A stretch of 63,607 nucleotides of DNA, filler included, from Octopus bimaculoides (taxonomy: Eukaryota): the NCBI RefSeq assembly GCF_001194135.2. It is 5 parts of 5 records of this genome, joined end to end, with 100 filler letters (N's around TTAATTAATTAA, not from the genome) between each part and the next. Parts side by side here need not be neighbours in the genome. Positions count along the whole stretch, not along the records: positions 1 to 24,964 come from NC_068985.1; positions 25,065 to 42,540 come from NC_068999.1; 3 more parts are not named here. One strand, written 5' to 3'. This document shows, in pieces, positions 23,701-33,993 of this stretch. The notes under the pieces were generated by a model. The model was given only the letters and a program-made list of their open reading frames with translations. It had not been told where the DNA came from and searched no databases. The position numbers were made by a program, and so were the translations under genes. Each line of letters opens with the position of its first letter. The first letter of the stretch is position 1.

Positions 23701-24396
23701 GTTGGACGATTTGACTGAGGACTGGTGAAACCGGATGGCTACACCAGGCTCCAATCTGATTTGGCAGAGTTTCTACAGCTGGATGCCCTTCCTAACGCCA
23801 ACCACTCTGAGAGTGTAGTGGGTGCTTTTACGTGCCACCCGCACGACGTGCCACCCGCACGACGTGCCACCCGCACGACATGCCACCCGCATGACGTGCC
23901 ACCCGCACGACGTGCCACCTGCACGACGTGCCACGATCTCATTTTATTTTAATAACCATTACTAGTTTTATCGTGTATAATTACTATTATAGGTAACATT
24001 TAGTACATTATGCTCCTCAACCCGCCTCAACATGCCCAGTGCCCCCTAGATGGGCAGTACCACTGACATTGAGAACCTCTGTTATAAAAGAATAGCATAC
24101 TGTTCTATATACTTCTACAGTAAAACAATGTGATTTTAAAAAAAAACAAAAACAAAAAAAACAATAGGATGTCTCAAGGAACTTGGATTCAAGTTAGTCA
24201 CTTTACTATTTGCATATTAGTGTTTTTCTCACTTCTCCTCAAGATTGTAAGGGTGGATAGCTAACTGTAATATATTTCAATTTACATAACAATACAAAAA
24301 TACATTATTTGAAATTCCACTTTGACAAAATAATACTTACTGTTTAGCTAGGTTCACATGTACTTGCAAGGTAATGCTTAACCAACGGTAGGTCAC
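2701..24396 (-). CDS. POLD3: DNA polymerase delta subunit 3 (p66/Cdc27/Pol32), multi-exon gene, 5'-incomplete
   Basis: 13 GT-AG exons with compatible phases (1317 nt if both duplicate exons are included). N-terminal VTYRWLSITLQVHVNLAKQMLFNFV...LHVTYFVAG...CHIYSVQKSKLKDSSVLYITDY matches the Cdc27/p66 domain; C-terminal TFIDDEGFMVTKKV and PIP box QSSLMSFF. Confidence 0.95.
4754..5688 (-). mobile_element. Internally deleted piggyBac (PGBD4-like) DNA transposon
   Basis: 13-bp TIR CCCTTTCGTTACT at both ends, TTAA at 4750-4753 and 5689-5692; frameshifted N-terminal transposase fragments (KPLDFF, FEMITAETNRYA, EIRAFFAINIIMG, YWS) at 5010-5532; no DDD catalytic region. Confidence 0.92.
5732..5841 (-). 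CDS. POLD3: POLD3 penultimate exon: (V)TKKVMVSDSTDVSDEETEKNSKPPTTAAPVVLSAAQ
   Basis: ttcAG acceptor, GTGAGT donor, phase 1-0. Confidence 0.9.
7142..7387 (-). CDS. POLD3: POLD3 exon: (E)MESEEPLPSPPSPE...KRRKRIKRQKNKTFIDDEGFM
   Basis: 246 nt, phase 1-1; cttAG acceptor; weak GTCTGT donor inferred from the conserved GFM-VTKKV junction. Confidence 0.9.
7880..8097. repeat. 218-bp copy of 5584-5801 (piggyBac end, intron, 3' part of POLD3 exon)
   Basis: Direct alignment, 4 substitutions in 218 bp, all within the transposon part. Confidence 0.92.
8628..8820 (-). mobile_element. SINE or LINE 3' end with (ATG)n tail (near-identical copies at 23650-23935 and 24772-24964; older ones at 14878-15250, 3290-3430, 11395-11600)
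   Basis: (CAT)n followed by CGTTTAACGTCCGCTTTCCATGCTAGCATGGGTTGGACG...CAGCTGGATGCCCTTCCTAACGCCAACCAC in several copies. Confidence 0.8.
9247..9306 (-). CDS. POLD3: POLD3 duplicated exon copy A: (E)DMFQKKKRHRIVPNSSSEE
   Basis: 60 nt, phase 1-1, tgtAG acceptor, GTAAAG donor; paralogous to 10865-10927. Confidence 0.72.
10065..10335 (-). mobile_element. SINE (related inverted copy at ~4140-4330)
   Basis: Interspersed repeat motifs CAGTCATTTGACTG, TAGTACTTATTCTATCGGTCTCTTTTGCCGAA. Confidence 0.6.
10865..10927 (-). CDS. POLD3: POLD3 duplicated exon copy B: (E)DDMFQEKKRRRIVRNISSDE
   Basis: 63 nt, phase 1-1, tctAG acceptor, GTATAG donor; resembles the p66 KRRRI..SDSS segment. Confidence 0.8.
11066..11103 (-). 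CDS. POLD3: POLD3 small exon: NEVKKSLQESDS
   Basis: aatAG acceptor after a pyrimidine tract, GTAAAC donor, phase 2-1; bridges the flanking exons. Confidence 0.78.
12013..12082 (-). CDS. POLD3: POLD3 exon: (G)KSESIEIKSENTEPSRNTSNNK(Q)
   Basis: tacAG acceptor, GTAAGT donor, phase 1-2. Confidence 0.8.
12491..12655 (-). mobile_element. mariner transposon 3' remnant
   Basis: Minus strand reads IRKLADRWKKVVENDG (mariner C-terminus), then a TA-flanked TIR-like end TA|CTAGGTTGAGGAAAAAGTT. Confidence 0.7.
12780..12987 (-). mobile_element. SINE family (copies at 14725-14870 +, 26800-26960 -, 27500-27680 -, 33210-33420 -, 33470-33650 +, 42785-42990 +, 49510-49660 +, 56800-56960 +, 60880-61030 -)
   Basis: Shared core GACCCCGAAAGGATGAAAGGCAAAGTCGACC.CGGCGGAATTTGAACTCAGAAC. 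Confidence 0.8.
13167..13437. mobile_element. 271-bp MITE with ~33-bp TIRs and 8-bp TSD (Merlin- or hAT-type), nested in an (AAT)n-tailed retro-repeat
   Basis: ATGAGATC duplicated at 13159-13166 and 13438-13445; TIR (G/T)GT(A/G)CATGGACAGG(A/G)TGCTGAATGCACTTTTGC. Confidence 0.85.
14020..14239 (-). CDS. POLD3: POLD3 exon, low-complexity with poly-Asn and VIAGMFAQ motif
   Basis: 220-nt open frame TSNETSIKTNRD(N)10SSTNNSKNSVTKSVIAGMFAQCNK...KKEQAAKKV; donor GTAGGA (phase 1) fits the next exon; an alternative GTTGGT donor lies 4 nt earlier. Confidence 0.82.
16282..16366 (-). CDS. POLD3: POLD3 exon: YSAVKYDAAQKIERKVKTEDAQPNSPLK
   Basis: tgcAG acceptor, GTTTGT donor, phase 2-0; YSAVKY aligns by eye to vertebrate FSAIQC. 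Confidence 0.85.
17785..17849 (-). CDS. POLD3: POLD3 exon: DSSVLYITDYQEMKENEIESS(R)
   Basis: Poly-T AG acceptor, GTTTGA donor, phase 0-2. Confidence 0.9.
18396..18964. mobile_element. 569-bp non-autonomous DNA transposon (8-bp TSD, GG-initiated TIR, possibly Merlin-like) with a central telomeric hairpin
   Basis: TSD AGAAGTAT at 18388-18395 and 18965-18972; ~37-bp TIR GGATCT(T/A)TTTTAAAACGGGGGCCACATTTTTCATTAA; inner inverted repeat 18541-18585/18770-18814. Confidence 0.88.
19300..19620 (-). mobile_element. Degraded RTE-like LINE C-terminal fragment
   Basis: Minus-strand remnants resemble the GRP..RW.D.I / VA.DR..WR end of RTE ORF2; many stops. Confidence 0.4.
19797..19904 (-). CDS. POLD3: POLD3 exon: VVFCSVVPEEKLETVKSSLQQLHSCHIYSVQKSKLK
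   Basis: tttAG acceptor, GTCAGT donor, phase 0-0. Confidence 0.93.
20092..21282 (-). mobile_element. Degenerate full-length Tc1/mariner element, maT (DD37D)-like
   Basis: TA-flanked TIRs CAGGGT(AT/GC)(G/A)TCAGTATTT(T/G)GAGGTC; broken transposase from MKRHVVIITIKAQHKDTEI to MSEIDKDHLICACQCFRP*IEAVIKANDGSIE. Clade assigned by recalled similarity. Confidence 0.8.
22190..22480 (+). mobile_element. Degraded RTE-like LINE RT-proximal fragment
   Basis: Reads GKTGKADKTSGIV... and NIKLMSQIMEVTE, resembling the GKAPGPSGI / NYRGIKLLS..MKV motifs. Confidence 0.5.
22662..22770 (-). CDS. POLD3: POLD3 exon: MLFNFVKQQRSEKDSDCLHVTYFVAGITDKRKDGTK
   Basis: cttAG acceptor, GTAAGG donor, phase 2-0. Confidence 0.93.
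22986..24081. mobile_element. hAT-Charlie-type non-autonomous element with nested SINE
   Basis: Ends CAATGGTTCTTAACC...TTGAGAACCTCTG; 8-bp TSD (C/T)TATAAAA at 22978-22985 and 24082-24089 fits NTNTANAN; internal inverted repeat 23045-23160/23275-23395 and direct repeat 23161-23275/23611-24005. Confidence 0.8.
23831..23934. repeat. 16-bp minisatellite (CGTGCCACCCGCACGA), about 6.5 copies
   Basis: Units start at 23831, 23847, 23863, 23879, 23895, 23911, 23927. Confidence 0.9.
24341..24396 (-). CDS. POLD3: POLD3 exon (first recognisable): VTYRWLSITLQVHVNLAK(Q)
   Basis: ctcAG acceptor, GTAAGT donor, phase 0-2. Confidence 0.93.
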
Positions 24397-25064
24397 CTGA
24401 GATCAGAAGGAAAATAAAGAAAGTCAATAATTAATTTTGAAGATAAATACCACAAAGAACCATAACTCTTGATGATACAGTTTCATCTCTTGAAGCATAT
24501 TCAATTATGAAAGGTGATTAAAGTCAAAATAAGCAACAAGGATATCCAAAGTTAATGCAGTACGATCGTTTCATGCAACTCCATTTAATTAAGCAATGTG
24601 AACATTATATCAAATATAAAATGCAGAGCAATCCTCAGCTGCACAAAGATATAGAAATTTAATGAAATTACATTTAAACAGAAGGACATATTTTTATAAC
24701 TACATCTAAACTCTTCAAGTAGAAAGGAAGAATACAAAAAAACATTTTAACTTAGCCAGACCATACAGGTTATCATCATCATCATCATCATCATCGTTTA
24801 ACGTCCGCTTTCCATGCTAGCATGGGTTGGACGATTTGACTGAGGACTGGTGAAACCGGATGGCAACACCAGGCTCCAGTCTAATTTGGCAGAGTTTCTA
24901 CAGCTGGATGCCCTTCCTAACGCCAACCACTCAGAGAGTGTAGTGGGTGCTTTTACGTGTCACCNNNNNNNNNNNNNNNNNNNNNNNNNNNNNNNNNNNN
25001 NNNNNNNNTTAATTAATTAANNNNNNNNNNNNNNNNNNNNNNNNNNNNNNNNNNNNNNNNNNNN

Positions 25065-25098
<34 letters not shown>

Positions 25099-25572
25099 AA
25101 TCCTCTCCTCCCTTTAAAATTCCGTCTATGAGATCTCTTAAGGCTATGGCAGAAGACACCGAATGTGCAATACATTAGGACTGAAACCAGATCCCAGTGG
25201 TTGAGAACCAAATTTTCTATCACCACAACTACGATTGTACCATCATGTGGAAGATTTTGATAGTATCTCTGACTTGGTTCCTATATGTGGATTTCCTTGC
25301 AATTTAATTTTTCTTAAGATCCCATAAAATCGTTTTTTTTTCTAGGAAAACAATTTGAAAAGTAGTTTGAACCGTCTTATATACAAATATTGTTATATTT
25401 TTTCTTTCATTGCTAACCACTAAATGTTATCTTTCGTTCAAATGCGTGTAGGCAATATAGTAAATATATAAGTAATCTAACTAAGACGATTAAGTACTTC
25501 ATCTCTCCTTCGAAGTATTACTGAAATTAGTACGTAGTATATTTTCCCACATAGATAATTTGCAGATGTACG

Positions 25573-25665
<93 letters not shown>

Positions 25666-28027
25666 GTGTGTGCTGTCGGTCTTGAACATTTCTGGCTAAA
25701 ATCAGTTTAAAAAAAAAACAAAAACATACGGAAAAGCATCATAATATATATCTGTGTGCGTGTGTGCGTGTGTATGTATGTTTGCATGTATGTATAGGAC
25801 TAGCGTTTAGAATACTAACGAGAAAAAAATGGCTTCTCCGTGTTTCCTTCCCTTATTCTTGCTCATATATCTATTCCCTCATTCATTCGTTCATTTGTTT
25901 ATTTTCTTTCTCTTTCTTTCAGTCAGTTAACAGCACCACCTTTTGACATTTCTTAGCTATTACTGCTGCCCAAAGAAGGAAATACACAAATATTTTTTTA
26001 TTCCAACATATTTCTCACTTATTTTATTTTATGTGTTATTTATTATTAGTGTGTGTCTTTTCGTCATATATTCTCTGTATTTTTCTGCTTTACTGTTTGT
26101 TTCTTCCTGTCTTCTCTCTTGTTAACTTTACCAGTATTGGATGTCCGGAGAAAGTTTTGTATGCAACGGCAAATATTTCTTGATTATGATTGATTAGATT
26201 GTGAAGATCAAGGGTTCATATTGGCTTAACTCCATCATGGTTTAAAATCATTCAAATCATGATTGATATAGAATGTAATAGCTCAGGAGAAACCAGCCGA
26301 AGTAGAAGCAATAACGGCATCAGCATCAACAGGAAAAGAACTACATCACCAACACCACTACCAACAACAACAAGAACAACAACTAACACCACGAAGCCAG
26401 AACAACATGATCAACAACAACAACAGTAAAAGCATAAAGAACAATAACAGCGAATATTTGGTCACATCAAGATTGTAATAACAACATTGTCAAGCAAACT
26501 GATATAAAATAATACGAAAAAATAATATTAAATAAGGAGGCGGAATTAATGAAATATGGCGTAGAATAAAATAAGGAATGACAGGGGTATAAGTGTTGTG
26601 AGAGCTGAACAAATTGGGAAGAAATGTAGTAACCATTGATGCTCTTACAACTCTCTCTGTCTTTCCCATTATAAGCATTGTACAAAACTAACAAGACTTA
26701 CGGCTGCTAGTCAGTAAAGCTTTTTAAATACTAAATAGAAAGAGAGCAAAGAAGGATGCGTTGCCGAATATACCAAATAACTTAAATTAACGGTTTCAAT
26801 TTTTTTTACACGAAGCCACCATTTTCAAAGAGGTGTAAGTCGAAAACCTAGCTCCCAGTGTTCAAGTGGTATTTGTTTTATCGACCCTGAAACTCGATCT
26901 TGGCTGAATTTGACTCAGAATGCAAGGACGAGTAAAATTAGGTCATGTATATTTTTTCCCGGCGTGCTATAGACTCTTCCAGCTCACTGCCATAGTAACG
27001 ACAACAGCAATATTAAAAAAGGTCAATGATAAGAAGAAGAATGAGAAGGATAAAAACAAGAGCACTCAGAGAGTGCAAGCCTCCGCCAAGGTAACATCAA
27101 CGTCCTCTCAACGATTAGCCAGTGATGATTTTTAAAATGAGAATATCCAACATAAACTCGACTGCTCTCACAACTGAGAAGGCTAAAAATGAACACGACC
27201 GTTCTCAAAAATTAAGTAAAAAACCGGTAAAATAATTTAGATACATGATCGATCCCAATGGCAGTCATGGAAAGCAAAAGTGGCCTACCAAACAATTTCC
27301 TTCTATTCATTTTTTTCTTTTCTGTTGCCTTTGGATATTTCAGAAACTGAGGTATATAAAACTCGTATAGACAATGCAACGACATCTAACGAGAATCTTA
27401 GCGACTGCATGCACGTGGCTGAAATACTCCTGTATTCTGCGGTTGATTCGATCACCGCCATTTACATTGCGGAGAAATGGTTTGTCAGAATTCCAATATT
27501 GCTTTCAAATTTAGGCACAAGGCCAGCAACTTCAAGCAAGAGGATAAGTCGATTACATCGACTCCAGTGTTCGGCTGGTCCTTATTTGGTCGACTCCTAG
27601 AAGACTTCGACAGATTTAAAGTCAGAACGTACGAAATGTCACTAAGCATTTTCCCCGGTGTACTAACGATTCTTTCCCCTCCCCGTCTTATGTCCTAGTT
27701 CTGAAATTAAGAAAAATCAAGGTGATCATTTTATTAAAATGTATTTGTGACATCTTGAATCAATGAATATAAGAATAATCGTTTATTTGTGTTCCCTCTT
27801 TAACTTTACCAATAGACACGTAACATCTGCATTAACGCCTCCACTGAATTTATGACGTTTATATTACTTATGAGGCATTCAGTAATTTTCGACTTTTGTC
27901 TAGTTGTGACTGAAGGGCAATATGTGTTTTATAGTGAAAATATATATATATATAACGCGTTAATCGATTTATGACTATTTTAGTGTTATTCATTGTGGAC
28001 CAAGTACAGATGTTAGCAAAAAAAATG

Positions 28028-28325
28028 GGTTAATGTCTAGTTTAAGATCGGTCACAAAAATGAAAAAAATATGTGTGATCGGTGTAAAGCAATGTGTAAT
28101 AAACGAATATAAAGAAAAACATGCGCACTGACGAACAGGAGTGAGTTGGGGAGAAGACCCAGAACATTCCTAATGTGAATTTTCCGAGTCCTTTCCCCAC
28201 CCACCCCGTTCGTCATCGCGCGTTTTTTCTTCATATTCGTTTATTACACCTTGTTTTACACCTATTACACTAGTTTTTTTTTTGTTTTTCATTTTTGTGA
28301 CCAGGTTTTAAACTGGAGATTAACC
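28028..28325. mobile_element. Fold-back/MITE-like imperfect palindrome
   Basis: ~120-bp imperfect arms (GGTTAAT.TC.AGTTT...GGTCACAAAAATGAAAAA...GTGTAATAAACGAATAT) bounded by GGTTAA/TTAACC. Confidence 0.7.
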
Positions 28326-28399
28326 AAGAGTTATTATATAGATAACAGAACAAACATCGCTTCTGAAAATCAATAATTAACCAGTTAGCTTTATGTTGT

Positions 28400-28645
28400 G
28401 GAGGCGCGTGGCCTAGTGGTTAGGGTGTCAGCACCATGATCGTAAGATGGTGATTTCGATTCCTGGACCGGGCGACGCGTTGCGTTCTTGAGCAAAGCAC
28501 TTCATTTCACGTTGCTCTAGTCCACTCACCTGGCAAAAATGAGTAACGCTGCGATGGACTGATGGACACATCCGCTATTGAAACCGGGAAACCGGGCCCA
28601 TGAGCCTGGCTAACCTTTAAAAGGGCGTATTTATTATTTTTTATT
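28400..28645 (+). mobile_element. tRNA-derived SINE with clear Pol III A/B boxes
   Basis: A box TGGCCTAGTGG (28409-28419), B-box-like TTCGATTCC, then CTTGAGCAAAGCACTT core; no tRNA acceptor stem. Confidence 0.75.
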
Positions 28646-29628
28646 AGCTTTACGTTATCATATTAATTTGGACATCGTTTATAAATTTTGTTTGCCTCTT
28701 GTTTAGTGGTCAAAGGTAAAACTGCTGCACCTAATAGGCGCAGGCAAGAATATGTTTCAGAAGTGTTTGTCAAACAAGCTATTTCGGGTTCGTTCCCACA
28801 GCGCAACGCCCTTCTGCGTGTGCCTTCTAAAATCTTGTAAGTGCATTAGTTTGACGGAAGATGTGTTAAAGTGTGTGTGTGTGCGTGCGTGAGTACGTAC
28901 GCGTGTGTGTTTGTACCTGCCGCCGCTTTTTATTCCGTGTTGATTTGATTACTTCCTCGTATCCTAGTAGTTTATAAAACGAGAACGACTGAATACGTAC
29001 CAAGCATAAATATAATTACAAGAACCGTTTTGTTCGAGTCAGAATCGTCAAGGAGTTGCCCCAGCAAGACCTCAAATCTAGGAAGAGAAACAAAGAAGAG
29101 AAAAGAAATACAATGAATAGAAAAATCTCCAAAGATTTTGCTTTTATATACAAGAAAAAAAAAGGCAATGTATCAAGTCAGGTGATGTGCCATACAGACC
29201 AGCTCTATGTGAATAACGGATTACGTGATAAATGGTTGCCACTGTATCTTGTCAACAATGTGACAGCGAACATGACAGTGCACTAGCAACTGTAATATTC
29301 TAATGTTGTCTAAATTCCTCTGCAATTTTTGGTTCATGTTCCCTAATTAAAGTATGAAATTTATCTTAATTATATTACCTTTATAATAATTAATGAACAA
29401 TGTGTTAAGAAGAAACACAAACCAAATATTCATTTTGTTATATAATGAACGTTAAATGTGAGATTTATTCTGGCTCAGGGATTATAGGAACACAGATAAT
29501 TAGCTCACCAAAAGGATTTACAGAATATCATTATTTCAGACATGACAAACATTCCTTCTACCTTAACGAATTCAATATATTTTTGTTATTGATTAATTTA
29601 TGGTTCTGCAACGTTTCTTGTTGTTCTC

Positions 29629-29637
29629 CGCCATCTT
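29629..29637 (-). promoter_or_regulatory. AAGATGGCG (YY1-like) motif, possible POLD3 TSS/5'UTR exon
   Basis: Motif common near housekeeping-gene starts; GTGAGC donor at 29508; the ATG frame stops after 13 codons. Confidence 0.25.
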
Positions 29638-29974
29638 GATTGTTACGCTTATTATCATTATTATCATCATCATCCGCACGTTAAAAAATGCGGGAACAGA
29701 ATTGCCATTTTTGAACTGGGATTTGAGAGAAAAATCCTAAAATGCTAAAATGTGAATACAATCCTCTTCCACAATAAACTAGAATTCTATTCCAATGTTC
29801 GACGAGTTCAATTTTGCATCCTACCATTTCACATTTCAGTGTCGGTAAAATAAACACTAATCAAGTAAGGGGAACCATGGCAGCGAATTATCCCTGGCCT
29901 ACGATGAGACGGAGAGTCGAGAATCTGCAGAAGAATTATTCAAAGAAATGCAACGTGATTGAAATATTAAGGCC

Positions 29975-30050
<76 letters not shown>

Positions 30051-33000
30051 NNNNNNNNNNNNNNNNNNNNNNNNNNNNNNNNNNNNNNNNNNNNNNNNNN
30101 NNNNNNNNNNNNNNNNNNNNNNNNNNNNNNNNNNNNNNNNNNNNNNNNNNNNNNNNNNNNNNNNNNNNNNNNNNNNNNNNNNNNNNNNNNNNNNNNNNNN
30201 NNNNNNNNNNNNNNNNNNNNNNNNNNNNNNNNNNNNNNNNNNNNNNNNNNNNNNNNNNNNNNNNNNNNNNNNNNNNNNNNNNNNNNNNNNNNNNNNNNNN
30301 NNNNNNNNNNNNNNNNNNNNNNNNNNNNNNNNNNNNNNNNNNNNNNNNNNNNNNNNNNNNNNNNNNNNNNNNNNNNNNNNNNNNNNNNNNNNNNNNNNNN
30401 NNNNNNNNNNNNNNNNNNNNNNNNNNNNNNNNNNNNNNNNNNNNNNNNNNNNNNNNNNNNNNNNNNNNNNNNNNNNATATATATACGTATATATATATAT
30501 ACGTATATATATATACGTAGAGAGTATATATTTTCTCAGTCTTCAATAAATCCACAGATATGTCATGAGAGAAATGAGCAATAACCATCGCGTATATATC
30601 ACGTTTATTCCCTATCTAACGAAGCGTTAATAATCCAAGTTTGTACTGAACTGATTCACCATTATCACACAAAAGATTATTCACACAAACCAGAAAAAAA
30701 ATTCGAATATAAAAAATATAAATATACATAAAATAATCGTATATAAAACACACTTCATTTTTTTTTTGTTTTCGTATTTTATTTGTGTTGTATTAGGTTA
30801 TAGGGGAGTTGGCCGTAAGTTTCATGAGAGTGATATTTTATGACGATGTCCTCGCTCGAGTTTTGTCTGTTGGAGATTCGCTACTTGGAGCTTGGAGTAA
30901 CTTAGATAATATTCCTGAGCATTTATTCCTTCCTTTTCTGTTTTCAATTCTTGTCTTATTTCCTTCACAAAACCTATTTCTAATCACCGTCTCAATATGG
31001 CTGTTCAATGTTCCTACTAGTTGTACCTCAGGTACCGAACCCTTATCATTCTACAGTAGATGACAGGATGGCGAGACCGATTCGGTTTCTAGCTACTTTG
31101 CCAATCCTCAGTCCTGTCGGCTCGTGTTCCTAGGTTTGGTGAAGGGTAACTACGAAACTAAGGCATGCAGTCCCCTAACCCAATATGTTTGGCGGCGAGG
31201 TCCGAGTGTTTCCCATTTTTCGTGAAAGCACTTGTCTGGTAATGAAATGGTTGCGAGTACGAGACTCATGGCTGGCTGCTGACAAACGTTTTCCCCTTTG
31301 AATGAATATTTTATCCAATCTCTGCTGTTCTATCTTGTTTTAAGGATTTCATAATATATTATTATCTTATTCGTATCTCACAATACATATTTCAACGCTT
31401 CGAAATCAAACATTAGATTGATTACATTTATCTTAAATTGTTGGTTGCTTCATTTCACTCTGTATGAAATAGCCAAGAAAAAAATGGGGTCACATGACTG
31501 AATTCAATTCTTAAAGAAGGATAAAAAATACTCTCTCCATTGGTTAAATCTTTCTACAAAGCAAGCGTGGGTCTGGTAAGAAGGCTGCTTCCAAACCATA
31601 TGGTTCCAGGTCAAGTCTTCTACTGGTGTCTTCTACTATAGACTTGGGCCGACTAAAACCTTGTAAGTACACTTGATAGAGGGATCTGAAAAAAACCCAC
31701 TATCGTATATATATATATATATATATATATATNNNNNNNNNNNNNNNNNNNNNNNNNNNNNNNNNNNNNNNNNNNNNNNNNNNNNNNNNNNNNNNNNNNN
31801 NNNNNNNNNNNNNNNNNNNNNNNNNNNNNNNNNNNNNNNNNNNNNNNNNNNNNNNNNNNNNNNNNNNNNNNNNNNNNNNNNNNNNNNNNNNNNNNNNNNN
31901 NNNNNNNNNNNNNNNNNNNNNNNNNNNNNNNNNNNNNNNNNNNNNNNNNNNNNNNNNNNNNNNNNNNNNNNNNNNNNNNNNNNNNNNNNNNNNNNNNNNN
32001 NNNNNNNNNNNNNNNNNNNNNNNNNNNNNNNNNNNNNNNNNNNNNNNNNNNNNNNNNNNNNNNNNNNNNNNNNNNNNNNNNNNNNNNNNNNNNNNNNNNN
32101 NNNNNNNNNNNNNNNNNNNNNNNNNNNNNNNNNNNNNNNNNNNNNNNNNNNNNNNNNNNNNNNNNNNNNNNNNNNNNNNNNNNNNNNNNNNNNNNNNNNN
32201 NNNNNNNNNNNNNNNNNNNNNNNNNNNNNNNNNNNNNNNNNNNNNNNNNNNNNNNNNNNNNNNNNNNNNNNNNNNNNNNNNNNNNNNNNNNNNNNNNNNN
32301 NNNNNNNNNNNNNNNNNNNNNNNNNNNNNNNNNNNNNNNNNNNNNNNNNNNNNNNNNNNNNNNNTATATATATATGCCAGTCGATGATTTGGTGAAGAAT
32401 GTCAACAATATAGCGGGGACTCCTCAATAATTGATTAATAAGTTCATGTAATAATACACTGCATGTCCTTAACATAAACCAAATCTATTCTCGTGCGAAC
32501 AAAATTTTCACTTTTCTAATATTGTTGAAGTAATAATCGCAATTCAGCAACAAAATTAAACAACGTGGATTTCAGCTTGCACTTATATATTTATTTGTGC
32601 ATTTATGCACGCATTTGTACGTATGCACCATGCTTTGTATTACCTGTTCCGCCTCTTTTAATCCAAAGTCTAATTTCTCAGTATTTCTGTAGTCATGTAA
32701 ATAGGTATTCTATTGCGATGCCTTGTATCTAGTGATTCAAGTGTTAAAAATGAAAATGATCGTCAAAATACACTGAAGCAATATTTACGGTATTGTTTAT
32801 CTGGCCATGACAAAATATTAAATATTGTTCTAGAGAAGAAACCGCCAGCTAATGGCAATTAATAATGATATTATAATACAATATATGGGTAAGAAATGTG
32901 AGAATGTATATAAAAAGAGACTATATTTTATGCGAATGATAGTGTAAAGAAAATAAATGAAAGAATATATTCGAGATAAATGGAGAGAGAGAACGAAAGG

Positions 33001-33962
33001 AGGCTAACAAAAAAAAAAAAGAAAATACTAAAAGCGAAATTGAAGTAAGTATTTGTGTAAATAGATTGAGGGATATCTATGGATTACGGACAAAAATGAA
33101 GATACATATACACTAAATATACAAAGAATCAAAATCTGAAAGGAACATAAAAATGAATTGGAGAAAGAATGTGACTAGAAAATTAAAAAGACACAAGATA
33201 TTTTTTTTTCTACTCTACGCACAAGGCCCGAAATTTTTGGGAAGTAAGTCAGTTGATTATAGACCCCAGCACGGAACCAGTTCTTAATTTATTGACCCCG
33301 AAAGGATGAAAGGCAAAGTCGACCACGGCGGCATTTGAACTCAGAACGTAACGGCAGACGAAATACCGCTAAGCATTTCGCCCAGTGTGCTAACGTTTTC
33401 GCCAGCTCGCCGCCTTAAAAAAAAAAAAGAGAGGATATTTAAAGTGAAGTGTGATATTAGGGAAGATAATTGAGGTGAGCCGACAGAATCATTACCGTAC
33501 CGCGCTATTACTTAACGGAATTTCGCCCGCCTATGCGTTCGCAGTTCAAATTCCGCCGAGGTCGACTTTGCTTTTCATCCTTTAGGGGTCGATAAAATAA
33601 GTAGCAGTGGGGCTAGGGAGTCGCTGTAATGGACAAGCTTCCACCCAACAAATTTCTCTAGCTTTCTCCTCACAAATTCTACTCATAGTAGGAAACAAAT
33701 ATTAGAAACGAAAGAAAAAAAGATGGGAGTTTGTTAAAGAAATATTTATAACCAAAAAATTATGTGCAGATCAATTCATATTTTGTTAAAATCATTGAAG
33801 AACTATAGGTATTATCGTCAGAAGACAACTAAAAACGTATCGAAATGTGTTATCAACGCTTTAATATTTCAAAATAAATATAATGAAATTTAATTTTGGA
33901 AAGGGTGATCTAAATGTTACTTAATAGTCAGTACCTGCAGGATTTGTCAATCCAAATCTATC

Positions 33963-33993
<31 letters not shown>

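Noticed and set aside
23831-23934. CRISPR-like array
   Set aside because: Head-to-tail 16-mers with no spacers, eukaryotic context and no cas genes.
25009-25020. TTAATTAATTAA centred in N runs (also 42585-42596, 57397-57408, 61531-61542)
   Set aside because: Identical 12-mer with stops in all six frames inside ~100-bp gap placeholders; a scaffolding linker, not biology.
28400-28475. tRNA gene
   Set aside because: A and B boxes are present but there is no cloverleaf or acceptor stem, and a SINE body follows.
32644-32710. Possible POLD3 exon 1 ending in CAG|GTAATA
   Set aside because: The peptide (DYRNTEKLDFGLKEAEQ) lacks similarity to p66 N-termini and has an upstream in-frame stop with no Met.
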